Below are positions 12,768 through 24,959 of a stretch of 64,000 bases of DNA, piece after piece; position 1 is the stretch's first letter, and the number at the start of each line of letters is the position of its first letter. The position numbers and the translations under genes are program-made. Location: NCBI GenBank assembly GCA_002269645.1, contig NIVC01003266.1:44170-108169 (forward strand), written 5' to 3'. The stretch comes from Macrostomum lignano. Its lineage: Eukaryota. Below the pieces are notes generated by a model, which saw nothing but the letters and a program-made list of their open reading frames with translations, did no database searches and was not told the origin of the DNA.

Positions 12768-12856
<89 letters not shown>

Positions 12857-12887
12857 TTCTGTCTGTCTGTCTGTCTGCTGTGTGTCA

Positions 12888-12957
<70 letters not shown>

Positions 12958-14770
12958 GTGTCTGTCTGTCTACCTGCCTGTCTGTCTGTCTGTCTGCCTG
13001 TCTGTCTGTCTATTGCAGCAGCAGCAAAACACAATAAACGCAAACCTGATTAAACACGGTGCCGAGTTTCTCCAGGCTGAGAATCCGCAAAGTGCTGGCA
13101 CTTATTGCCACAATGCCTTCCAGGCACTGCTCAGACGAGAAGCCGGACGCGAACTCCAGACTACCGTAGGACAGCGGAGTCAGGTGGAAGCGGCTCTGGT
13201 AGGTGTAATAAAGCCAAGATCGCGAGGAGATGGCGAGCACAGCTTCCGAGCCTTGGACGAACACTCGGAACAGTTTCACTGGCCGGCTGCCCAGGTACCT
13301 GGTGCGGGTGTCGGACAGGTCTCCAGTCACCGGGTCGATCAGAGCCCGAAGCAGCACCCCATTCTGCAGCCCGATGTTCAGGTAGTGCGTGCCGGCGCTC
13401 CAGCCCACGTCGCCTCCGCCACTGGCGCCGCCGGGAGCGTCCGGAGCGGCGCCTGATTGGAGAATTAATGTGAAGGGAATTATTTTTATACTACTGACAT
13501 GGTTCTGTTGTAAGTAGTAACAGGCAGTCTGTAGAGGCATAAGAGATAAAGCGAAAATCACTTTTCTCGCTAGACAAAAATCGAAATCATGAGCTGAAGA
13601 AACTCAGTAGTAGATAAACCAGAAACTCAGCAGTAGATAAACCAGAAACTCAGCAGTAGATAAACCAGAAACTCAGCAGTAGATAAACCAGAAACTCAGC
13701 ACTAGATAAACTAGAAACTCAGCACTAGATAAACCAAAAACTCAGCACTAGATAAACCAGAAACTCAGCAGAAGATAAACCAGAAGCTCAGCACTAGATA
13801 AACCAGAAACTCAGCAGTAGATAAACCAGAAACTCAGCACTAGATAAACCAGAAACTCAGCACTAGATGAACCAGAAACTCAGCAATAAATAAACCAGAA
13901 ACTCAGCACTAGATAAACCAGAAACTCAGTAGTAGATAAACCAGAAACTCAGCAGTAGATAAACCAGAAACTCAGCAGTAGATAAACCAGAAACTCAGCA
14001 GCAGATAAACCAGAAACTCAGCACTAGATAAACCAGAAACTCAGTAGTAGATAAACCATAAACTCAGCAGTAGATAAACCAGAAACTCAGCACTAGATAA
14101 ACCAGAATCTCAGCGCTAGATAAACCAGAAACTCAGCATTAGATAAACCAGAAACTCAGCATTAGATAAACCAGAAACTCAGCATTAGATAAACCAGAAA
14201 CTCAGCAGTAGATAAACCAGAAACTCAGCACTAGATAAACCAGAAACTCAGCAGTAGATAAACCAGAAGCTCAGCACTAGATAAACCAGAAACTCAGCAC
14301 TAGATAAACCAGAAACTCAGCGCTAGATAAACCAGAAACTCAGCATTAGATAAACCAGAAACTCAGCATTAGATAAACCAGAAACTCAGCAGTAGATAAA
14401 CCAGAAACTCAGCATCAGATAAACCAGAAACTCAGCACCAGACAAATCCCAGAGACCAACCTGACAAAGTAGATCCCAGCTGAGCCAGGCACAGAGACTC
14501 GGGTGGAGCCGGCAGCGCCTGCAGGCTGAGCGGCGCCAAGCAGTCCGCAGGGTCCAAGCTGACGATCCGGACGGTGTTGTCCGACAGTCCCACGGCGAGA
14601 AACCGGCAGCGCTGCTCACCGGGCGGCACCCGGCCAAGAGCCATGCAGACCACATCTGCAGACATGTCCTTCCGCTCAGTGTACTCGTTCAGCTGGCCGG
14701 CCGCGTCCATCTCGAAGTACACCAGCTCGCCGCCGGCCAGGGCGATGGCCACCTGGCGTTGGTTGACGTT
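9650..14770 (-). CDS. SF3B3: Splicing factor SF3B3 (SAP130) gene fragment, 5 exons, about 591 open codons, N- and C-terminal exons not found in the window
   Basis: Exons ~14770/14752-14461, 13452-13046, 11874-11323, 10494-10345 and 10021-9650 splice in frame. They encode [34 protein letters not shown]...[39 protein letters not shown] and [11 protein letters not shown]...GDKFGNI, all characteristic of SF3B3. Confidence 0.95.
10581..11190. repeat. 29-bp minisatellite (aaaaatctcccacaaatcccaacacaggt) in an SF3B3 intron
   Basis: About 21 units. Confidence 0.96.
12025..13010. repeat. (CTGT)n microsatellite in an SF3B3 intron
   Basis: About 1 kb of ctgt with gcctaagtgt interruptions; source of the SVCL ORFs. 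Confidence 0.98.
13595..14430. repeat. 23-bp minisatellite (agataaaccagaaactcagcagt) in an SF3B3 intron
   Basis: About 36 units; period 23 measured (13612 to 13635). Confidence 0.97.
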
Positions 14771-14903
14771 GGATCAGGTGGAGCACATGTGCCAATACTA
14801 AGGCCACTGTATATTAAGTCCTTACCCCAATGTACACCCCGTGTTAGTCTGAAAGATCCGTTGCCATTTTTCCACCATTCGAACTACCAAAAGGGGGGGG
14901 GGA

Positions 14904-15176
14904 ATTCCGCGCCTGACAATTTTTTGCTGCGCGCCGATGAAATTTGGAGGCTTAGCAAAGCTGCACTGAGGCACAGTGCTGATTGGCGCACAAGGGTGTA
15001 TTGAACACACTAGCGCTTATGAAAAATATCCTACCTTCTGGCAAAATCATCTAATATTTCGACAGTCTATAAGGATGGCAACTTGATTCTTGTTTGAGAA
15101 GTTGCGCAACAAAAAGTTAGCCTGTATGCCTGCGTTGCTCCGTTTCGGCGCGGCAAAAAACTGTCAGGGGGCGGAA
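14904..15176. mobile_element. MITE-like element with ~33-bp imperfect terminal inverted repeats
   Basis: attccgcgcctgacaattttttgctgcgcgccg (14904-14936) is the near reverse complement of tcggcgcggcaaaaaactgtcagggggcggaa (15145-15176). The interior motif gcgcaacaaaaagtt...gcctgcgttgct recurs at about 8560-8615 and 28625-28670. No TSD established. Confidence 0.6.
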
Positions 15177-15561
15177 ATGCCCCTTGGTAGTTCTACTGTC
15201 AAGTCCCATGTTGATTCTGAGCTGCTTAATAGGATCATGCTCAGTGGAAGCCAACTAGGACAAATTTGTGGGCTATATATTCATAAGTTCATAAGCCCAA
15301 AAAGCCACTTAGACCAATACGAGGCCAACTCCTCCGTTGGAGGAGAAAGGGAAGAACTCCTATCACCGGAATTCCATTCTCTGAAATCTATCAGCTGAAT
15401 TCTATGACCCGAGTCCCATCATCCAACTCCGAAGACAAAAAATCCTCTCCGTGAAATTGAACACCATCAAAATGCTCGAGATCCGGGAAACAGGGATTCA
15501 GTCGAAATTTTCTCCATCAAAAAGAACTCAACTCTCAGGATTCATTGGTTAGGGTTAGGGT

Positions 15562-18500
15562 CAGTGGCGGATCCAGGGGGAGGGCGGGGAGGGCGGCCGC
15601 CCCCCCACTTTTGCCTTGGCTGGACTTGTACAAAATGGAGGTATTTTAATTTTGGGCTTAATTTGAATTTGAACCAACGCAAAAAGTTTCACTTCTATTC
15701 TACAATATTTTCATTGCTTCTATCGCTCTATGGGTCTGTCTGTCTGCAGCGAGTCTGCTTTTTCTTGGAATGTAATAAAATTACATCGAAAGTAGAAGTG
15801 CTTTCCAACTGGAACAGCAATTCACGAGCAGCAGTTAGTCTTAGTCAGTGCAGGAATTAGCTATTAAGTGTTTTACAGGTGTTACAGTGTACATTCAGTG
15901 CAGACACCTATTATAAGGAAGGCCTAGCCTTGGGATAAGACAGGGGCACTGGGGCAGGGTCGGTAAATAAAATAAAGTAGAGCGGCTTAGTGGCTCAGTC
16001 CCTTAGTGTGAAAAAAACGCTTTTGTCCTCCCTTATTTGGGGTTCAGACTTCAATATTTCTGAGCAATGTACATTTCGAAAACTAAGTGACTGAACTAGA
16101 AGTAAGAAGTAAGAATTTAGGGGAGGAGAGTGGGGTGGGGACTCCTCTGGGCACAGAAGCCCAAAAAGTTAATTGAGCTTTGGCCCTGGGCATACGAGTA
16201 AGCATAAATAAAAGCAAGGGTACATAGGAATTTAAATGCACAAGAGACAAGATCGTGACAAGGAATTGATACGGATTGAAGGATCAATACAAAATCACAA
16301 AGAATGAGGCGAGCATCTTCACCATTACAGCATGACGCAAAAGAGACAGAAATTGCTGACGCATTTTTTGCTACCCCATCTGGTCCTGCTACTAGTTCTG
16401 CCACAGCCGAGATACCAATTTCTTCCTCTGCAGCTACTTATACTGAGGTACATGTACCTACGAATTCTTCTGCCGCTGCTTCGGAACTGCAATTTGCTGA
16501 TACTTTTAATTCAGACCAAGCTGAAGCCAGTCCCTCTGAAAGCAATGCTAATCTTAATGGAGTTACCAGAGAAGCGGATGAGGTACAAGTGAGCAAGTTG
16601 TCTGACTTTGACATAGGTCTATTTGACCCTGCTGCTGCTGCTGACAGTGCCACTAAGTTAGCTTTCTTGACGCAAACGTGGGAGCCCCCTAGTACTTACC
16701 CAATGCCATTTGAAGAGCGAAAAACAAAGGGAAAAATCGAAAAGAGATTCTTAAGGCACAGTCATCTAACCGAAAAACCCTGGTTAGCATATTCACATGT
16801 GAAGAGTGGCTTGTTCTGCAAAGTTTGTGTGCTATTTGGTACTCAGCAAGGACAACAAGGTCACCTATTGGGAAGACTAGTGCATGAGCCATTGCAAAAG
16901 TACGCAAGACTCTTGGGAGCCAATGGCTATCTCTGTGCTCATGAGCATACAAACAACCACAAAGACAATGTACTAAGGGCGCAAGAGTTCAAAAGCGAAT
17001 GGTGCCAGAGCAACATATTGATAGTCGATTTGCTACACAGAGGCAGGAGCAGATTGCAAAGAACAGGCATATCCTCAGCTCCATTGTGCGTGCCATTCTA
17101 GTCTGTGCAATGAGTGGAACTGCTCTTAGGGGACACCGAGATGATCATAGTGTGCTAGAGACTGCCGACCGACCAGGCCAGAATGATGGTCTCTTTCGAG
17201 AGATCCTGCGAGCGATGGTGGACACAGGAGATAAGAGGCTAGAGGAGCATCTGCGCTCTGGACCGAGTAACGCAAAATATACTAGCAAGACAATTCAGAA
17301 TGAGCTGATTGAGTGCATCGGAGAAGTGATTCTGGACCGCCTGAAGGAGCGGATAAACAGTGCACAGTTTGTGTCCATCCTGGCTGATAAAACAACAGAT
17401 CAGGCCACAAAGGAGCAATTGACAGTATGTGTTCGCTATGTGTTTGATGGAGCAATTTTCGAAGACTTTCTGGGATTCGCCATTGCAGAGGACATGACTG
17501 GAGTTGGACTTGCGTTTGCGAGGACATTCTGTCCCAGTTCGTCACACTCGGTATTCCCTTAGAAGGGCGGCTGGTTGGATTGGGATTTGATGGCGCCAGT
17601 GCAATGAGCGGCAAGTTCAAGGGAGCTCAAGCAATTATCCGAGAGAAACATCCTATCGCCATCTATATTCATTGTGCTGCGCATCAACTCAATCTGGTCA
17701 TCAGCAAGAGCAGCGAAGTCCCTGGAATCAGAAATGCGTGGGGAAACATCCAAGAGCTGGCAAAGTTCTTCAACAGTTCTGCCCAGAGAGTGAAGTGTCT
17801 GGAGGACATAGTGAAGTCAGAGAACCAACAGGCCAATACCCGTCGAGTGAAGAACTTATGCGATACTCGCTGGATTGAAAGACATGATGCGGTTCTAACA
17901 AGACATTTGCTGATACCAATGACGCAAGCTCTTGAAGAAATTCGTGAACATTCCAACCCAGAAGCATCCAGGAATGCAAAAGCTCTGCTTAATTCAATGG
18001 ACGCAGAGTTTCTGGTATCAGTTGTGGTTCTGGATGCAACATTGACTCTCACCAAGGGATTGGCAGAAGCACTCCAGAAGAGCGCAATTGATTTGCTCAG
18101 TGCCAGGACTCTAATTGCGGATGTGCAAGAGCAACTGCAGAAGTGGCGAGAAGAGTCTGCAGAGAAGTTTGGTGAGCTCTGGGAGAAGATTCTTGAGACT
18201 GCAAAGGCAATTGAAATCGATGTCACTCCTCCTAGGCGGGTTGCACGTCAGAAGAATCGTGCCAATATTCCTACTACTGATACGAAGGACTACTGGCGTT
18301 TGGTCATCTTTGTTCCCTTCTTGAATGGACTACTGGTCAATCTGCAAGACCGATTTTCCCGCCTTTCTGACGTTGCTGCTGGACTCAGTGCCCTTATCCC
18401 AGCAACAGCCAAAAAGCATGTAAGTCCATTCATTCAGCTCAAGCCATCAGTGCAGCACTTTGCTTTAGTTCTACCAAGCCAGGAGGAAGAGGAGGTTGAA

Positions 18501-19797
18501 GCAGAATTTAACCAGTGGATGCGACTTTGGCAAAGGGAGGACCCACAGAAATGGCCCACAACTTTGACTAAGACCATCTTGGAGTGCGACCATAACCTGT
18601 TTCCCAACGTCAGCGCCCTCTTGAACATTTATGCAACATTGCCTGTCTCCACTGCCACTGGAGAAAGATCTTTCTCTTTGCTGAAATTCTTAAAGAATTA
18701 CTTGCGCAGCACAATGGGAGAAGAGCAGTTGAATGGACTCGCATTGGCCTTCATCCACAGGGACATGATTTGTGATACCGCAGGCACAATATCTGCTACT
18801 ATTGAGAAGTTTCTGTCAAAGGATGTCAATCGCCGGGCCTGCTTCAACTACTAATTGCTTTAGGGCAGTGACTGAAACTGACATAGTGTCCAATCATTTT
18901 ATTTGAATATTCATTCAATTTAATATATGTAAATTCAAAAGTTATAGTTGAAAATTGTGTATTACATACGAGCTATATACTCAGCAACATTGAAAAGTCG
19001 CCACTATATGCGCAAGTGAGCAATTTCCCTTGGACTATTCTGAAAAGAGAAAATGGATCGGGGTAGCTTTAAATTAATCCATCCAATCCTCACACACCAC
19101 TCCTCCCCACTTCATTCCTCTCAACTCAAGTCTGCCATGGTGTAGCTACGAGCTAAGTTGCATCACTCGCAAAGATTTAGAGACTTTACCTTCACTCAAA
19201 AGTGGCGATCATAGATGGAATCTTCTACATGTATGATGGTGACTTTTCAATGTTGCTGATTGTCTTCTAGACAGACACTAGATAGTATAGCTCATATGTA
19301 TAATGTATTGTTTTTATGTTGCTTCAGTTCCTGCTCCAGTTTGCTTTCATCCCTGCATGCATGCATCATACTTGTACAAACAAGTAGTTGTAATAATGTG
19401 TTAAAATTTAAATGCTGCTTTTGACACAACAAACTGCTAATGCCCATTTGCAATGCCAATTGTGTTGCCTCATTATATTCGAATATGATTGAATCAACAA
19501 TAACAATAAGTGTCAGCAGGGAAAGCATCCAATAAGTGACTTAAAATCCACTCCTCTACTAAAAAGCTGCTTATTAACTTTCTCATTTTTTAATGCTCTT
19601 CCACACTGCATGTAATGATAAAAATATAAATGAAATTTAGTGATTCAAACAAAATTAAACTTTTGCAATCAATTGAACTGAAATAGCTAAAAATCTTTTT
19701 TGTATATGAACAAAATATTACTTTTTTTCTAGTTTCAGTTTTGGTTTCAGTATCCAAAAATCCACCCCCTACTTTAAAAATCCTAGATCCGCCACTG
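15562..19797 (+). mobile_element. Full-length hAT DNA transposon (Tip100/ZMYM1-PRKRIR-like), 4236 bp
   Basis: TIRs cagtggcggatc(c/t)ag at 15562 and its reverse complement ending at 19797. Perfect 8-bp TSD GTTAGGGT at 15554-15561 and 19798-19805. Internal transposase. Confidence 0.95.
16304..18854 (+). pseudogene. hAT transposase split into three frames by two frameshifts (about 16995 and 17515)
   Basis: WLAYSHVKSGLFCKVC zinc-finger-like segment; ALRGHRD...NAKYTSKTIQNELI...SILADKTTD (DUF4371-like); GFDGASAMSG, YIHCAAHQLNL, CDTRWIER; and hATC-like ATLPVSTATGERSFSLLKFLKNYLRSTMGEEQLNGLAL. Confidence 0.9.
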
Positions 19798-20919
19798 GTT
19801 AGGGTTAGATTAGGGTTAGGGTTAGAGCTCCACAGAGCTGCATATTGAATTAAAGATGCCAATAAAAATATTGAATTAATTGAATAAATTGATTGTGCAA
19901 CCAATTTCTCAGTTAACCGGTATCAGTTTGTTAAAGTTAACAAAATGACTATGCAATCTAAATCAACCCCCCAATACACAGCAGCAGTAAGAAGTTGAAC
20001 CCTCCCCCTAACTTTATTTATTACATCTTGCAAAACTGAGTACAATCTTTGCAGAAAGTTAAAAGTATAGAAATTATTTTTTGAATGCTGTGCCTTTCCA
20101 TTTCACATTTAAAGTAAACAACTTATATCCCTGAACTCAGCGTTGAAAGATCTTTTTAGCAATATAAGTATTTTCTCTTAAAGTTCAAAACTTGAAGAAT
20201 AGCTTGTGTTTGAAATTTTCTAGTTTAAAGCATTGAATTTTTGAGTGTACATTCACTGCCTGCTAGAGTGAGAGGCTTGCAAGTTTATGCATTGAATTTC
20301 ACTGTCTGCCAGTTAGCAAGGGTCTAAGTGTATACACGCAGCCACTTAGAATGCCCCCATCCCCCCACTGGAGAGAAAATACACTGCTGAGATACGAAAA
20401 AATTGTGGCACAATTGCTCAAAATTGATGCAAATTTTCAGTTCAAAGCAGAAAAAGTGGCCAAAGAAGGTTAAGCAGTTTTCTGCTTTTTTAACAGACTT
20501 AATTTAGAAAATTTCAACATTTAAATAGCCTATTTGTTTCGTAGGAAAATTCTGCATTGATAGATATATAAGTTTTGCATTTAAGTTGTTTTCCATCTAG
20601 GAGGAGATATGCATTAAACCTGGTCTACCGGTCAGTCCGCTCAGCTTTAGATATAAGAAGTCTCATGGTGAATACTCACCATGTAGAATCTTTCTACGAG
20701 ATCAAACAGAGATTTAGTTAAACCTATTGACCAAATTGACTTGAATGGAAGTGAATTAGTGCTTAGCTATGATCACAAATTTATATTCACCAACTTTCTT
20801 ATAAATTTGCTATTGATGTTGCCACTGCCACCGACTTGCTCTAACAAAGTGATTCACCAACCATAAGTATTCCAGAGTTCTATTCATATTAAGCTGTTTA
20901 GGGGATTTTGATAATTGAG

Positions 20920-21180
20920 AACTAGTATTACCAAATTGATAGCTGCGCCATAAGTAGCCCTATAACCACTATACTCTTGCCAATCTATGTATGGCTCATT
21001 GGAAATAGTCGAAACTGCCCTGTGCCCTGTGGTTTTACAAGCGCTACATTGATGACATGTTTACCATGCTTGACAAATGGAAGGACCATTGAATTTTTCA
21101 ATGTCATCAATTCCACCTACCCAAATTCACGCCTGAAGGTAAAGAAAAGAAGCTTCCTTTTCTGGACACTAAGGTTGACT
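20920..21180 (+). mobile_element. Degenerate Penelope-like reverse transcriptase relic
   Basis: With frameshifts it reads YYQIDSCAISSP...LANLCM...FYKRYIDDMF...FNVINSTYPN...KLPFLD, matching the PLE RT pattern GxxMGSP/LANxxM/RYVDD/LPFLD. Confidence 0.7.
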
Positions 21181-23639
21181 CAGGCCCTCAGTTGAAAATC
21201 TACTATTAACACAAGTTTACTAGATTGATGTTACACTTTTATATTAGTAGAGGGTTTTAGAGGGAGGTAAACTTTAATACAACTTTTGGAATTAGCAATA
21301 AGATTAATTTAGAAGATAGAATCTTTCAAAATTGAAACAACCACTAGGACGACTTTAGTGGCTTAATAACAGTAGGATAAAGTGAAGTGACACAACAACC
21401 CTACAACTTTGGTAGCAGCATTTAAATTAAAATATTAAAGAGAGCATGTAACTGCTATATATTACTTTGGGTGGAACAAAAGTAGTCCTTTATACTAAAA
21501 TTTTGTTTAAAATAGCTATCATTCAATAATTTTTAACTTGAATAAAAAATTGCCATATACAAACTGGCTGCTAAAAAACTGCCTTGCCATGAGAAAACTC
21601 ACTTAAGAGTCAGGCTCTAAACCTTTAAGTGTCTATAGAACATGCAAAAAGCATAGGAAAGTGCATTTGAAACATGGAGCCTGACATGCTAATAAGATGC
21701 ATTTTTAATTTTATATGGCTACTTGTCTAAAAATTGGTGATTCAGCTACCAAAGTCTACAAGATCTGAGAGCTGCTGGGGCAATGCGGTTCTATTCCTAA
21801 GTGAGAACCATATAGTGCTAGATGAAAGATATCAAAGATGCTTAGAAATAGTGATCAACCTGGCCAGCCAAAAAGCTCAAGGATAGGAGAGCTGGTAAGA
21901 AGGGGAAAAGTTGATTTGTCATAATCCTTACCTTTTATCTTGTGATCTAGCTAAGGAGCTGAGTAGTGACCACAGCATAATACTTTATGTCTTTCAAGAA
22001 GACCTGCAGCTAAGGTGGGTGTTCTTTGTATGGGTACCTGAAAACTACAGACAGATACAAGTCAACTATGCCACATAGTTGTAATGGGTTCTGCTAGAGA
22101 TGATAAAGGCAATTTTTCCTGTTCTTGGTAGACTTGGTAGTTCTTGCCAGACTTGGGTAATGGAAGTTGCTTTTTGATAAGTCCAGTCTTCTGGTATTTG
22201 AAAATGAAATTTTAGGTACCAAACAGCCAATTTAGCATTTAATATTTCCTAAAAGCACAAAACTTTTATTAAAATACTTATATAATTATACAAAGGTAGA
22301 AAACAGATAACCTAGATCATATAGGTTTTACTTTTTAATTTAAAGCATGTTTTGAAACATTAATTTCAATAGTGATATATTAGTGATTAAGTCTCTTGAT
22401 CACTTTACATTTCGTTGGGGTTTGTTCTATTGAGTTCAAAAAGAAGATTAAAAAGCTATTCCATAAAGACTTAAATGCTCTCAAATCTGTGTTATTAGGC
22501 TCTAGCTAAGGGTGCAAAAAATGTGTGTAGGGGCAAAAAATCAAGTTTACAGGGTGTAATATTAGGTTTCAGGGGTACGCAATATGTTCTATCAAGCAAT
22601 TTTGAGGGGGAGGTGGTCACCCCAGCCCCTTAAATCTACCCCTGCGGGTGACACTATAATGAGTTGATTTTCTAGCACTAATTAGACTCAATTGGTATTC
22701 AACATAGGGCTTTTTATTTTACTTTATTTATATATTAGATTCTTGGCACTTTTAAATTGAGATTCAATCAAGAAAAATGTCAAACTCTTGAATCTCAATT
22801 GTGAAATTGAGATCCTATCCAACCTCTAGTGCATAGGGCCTAAGAGTTTCTTGCTACCCAAAATGTGCAAAGGAATTTTTCCTATAAAATGCATAGAGGA
22901 TACTGGATTTTAGTAGGATTGTAGTATGAGGGGCACATGCTTTTCCCCCAGAAAATGAGTCCATATGGTAATTTTGAGTGCTTTTTTTATGATTTTAGGC
23001 CCTAAATTAGCAGCTTATAAAGGTACCTGTGCCTCCCTTACCCTGTGGGCTGTGCGCAATGCCCCCCCCCCCTTAAAATATTAGGCTACACTGCCCCAAA
23101 ACAAATTGGATTTTTGGGCCTAAGCTAAAATCAAAATCAAAGATTTTTCTTTTAAAAAACTGACAGAATAAAATGGAAATATTTTTTAGGTGTAACTTAC
23201 TAGGTCTAATAGTAATTTTAAGTCTATCTATTGGCATCACTAATGAAAAAAATGTAGTGCGTTTAATCTTTTGTCAAACAGAAACACCTAGATCATAAGC
23301 CTAATTTATAGGCCTCTATTTGATTGATAATTGATTCCAATGGGATTTAATTAACGAAGTTTATGGATAGTTAAGTTAGGGCTTTCAGTGTAACAATTTG
23401 TCTTTTCTCCATAACATAAGGTCAACTGTAGGCCTACTTCTCACCGAGCGTCCCTCATGCCTACCTTGATGTTGTAAGTCTGGAAGTCTGGAAGTTTGCA
23501 AGTAAGTCTTTTTTTGCCTACTAGTAGTGTAGTAGCAGCAGTAGTAATTTGGCTCAGGCAAATAGTCTGTTTTGCTATTATATTAATTAATTATCCCAAA
23601 ATGGGTACTGGACTACAGGATTATAAAAAATGAGAGGGT

Positions 23640-24360
23640 AAATTAAGACACGCCCCACACACACCGCCCGCCGTGCAGCGCTAAACATTAAAACAAATTG
23701 GACTATAACTGAAGACATTTCAAAATGCGTTGTTCGTTTAAGCTTCAAGTTTTTAATTAATTTAGTTTTTTATTTTAAAATATGAGGTTCGGTAAATAAT
23801 AAGTAGTATAAGTAATAATTATAATAAAGACCATCGTTATTTGTTCGGTACCGGGGAAATAATGTTTGCGCTATTTGTCCGGCGCCGGACGAATAACGCT
23901 GGTGTTATTTCTCCGGTAGGCCTATACCAAAATAGCCTAGTGGTTGTACCGGTAATTTATCAGGTGGTCTGCATACACTTGTGCCTAAAGCCAAGGGAAA
24001 AAATAACGGACTAAAACGTATTTTTAAGTCACTTAAGTCAATTAGGGTTACTATACAAATCACCTCAAAAATTGACGTTAGGGTTACTAGCTTGGCAACT
24101 TTTGGTATACCGGAGAAATAACACCAGCGTTATTCATCCGGTACCGGACAAATAACGGGGGCCTATAATAAAATAACAATAATGTAATTTTAATAATGAA
24201 AATGACAATAAGAAAAATAATTATGACCTTTCGTATAACAATTGAAGTTATTTATTTCGTTAATCTTACAACACTTAATTTTTTATGCAATCAAATACTG
24301 CATTGACAAAAAATGTTACAATGTGTAGCGCTGCGGGGCGGTGCGGTACGTGTTTTAGGG
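23640..24360. mobile_element. Palindromic foldback/MITE-like element, about 720 bp
   Basis: tatttgtccggcgccggacgaataacgctggtgttatttctccgg (about 23872-23917) is inverted at about 24110-24157; outer arms ccgcccgccgtgcagcgcta and tagcgctgcggggcgg are also inverted. Confidence 0.7.
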
Positions 24361-24959
24361 AGACCCTTCAGACAGTACATTCAAAACAATCATCTGTAAC
24401 TTTTAACAAAATTTACCTGCTTCAACCATCTTTTTACCAAATATTTACGCAATTGTTTGGTGTTGAATGAGCTTCAATATTTTTACTTAAGTAAAAAACT
24501 TTTTGAGATGCATTGATTCAAAAATTGCTTAGCGACACTCTGATTAGACATCGCTTTACCGTTGACTGATTTTTTTCGATCGTAGCAGCCTAAAAGCAGT
24601 AGCTGGTTTAAAAATGCTTCAATTTACTTTTTACGCATGTCTCAGCTTTAAAATGACACCTCAGGCGCCGCAAGACAGCTCTGGTGCTGAGATATTCGAC
24701 ACTAAACATTGCATGCTTTGCGCGAACTCTCATTCGGAAACTTTACAACTTTTTTATCGATATTTGTTCAGCTGCTGTGTCCTTGTTTTTCATCACAATA
24801 TCGTCAAATTCTATTTGGGCGACAAGACGAGCCCCTTTCATTCCTACGGATACGGATACCCTTTCATTCCTATGCTTGAAATGTCCAGGGGCAGATCAGA
24901 AAAGCACTTGAACTATCTGGGCGGATAACACAAGACACGGATATCCGAAACTATAACAC

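Noticed and set aside
12099-13053. SVCL-repeat ORFs, and similar ones at 48975, 50953-51760 and 59526
   Set aside because: Microsatellite translations, in several cases inside identified introns.
7213-14430. 21-30-bp repeat arrays as CRISPR
   Set aside because: Units are head-to-tail with no unique spacers, no cas genes, and the context is eukaryotic.
16990-17520. Programmed ribosomal frameshifting in the hAT transposase
   Set aside because: No slippery heptamer at either site and not a known hAT feature; mutation or consensus error is simpler.
9596-18628. Antisense ORFs over SF3B3 exons and the transposase
   Set aside because: Expected shadows of GC-rich coding sequence with no independent motifs.
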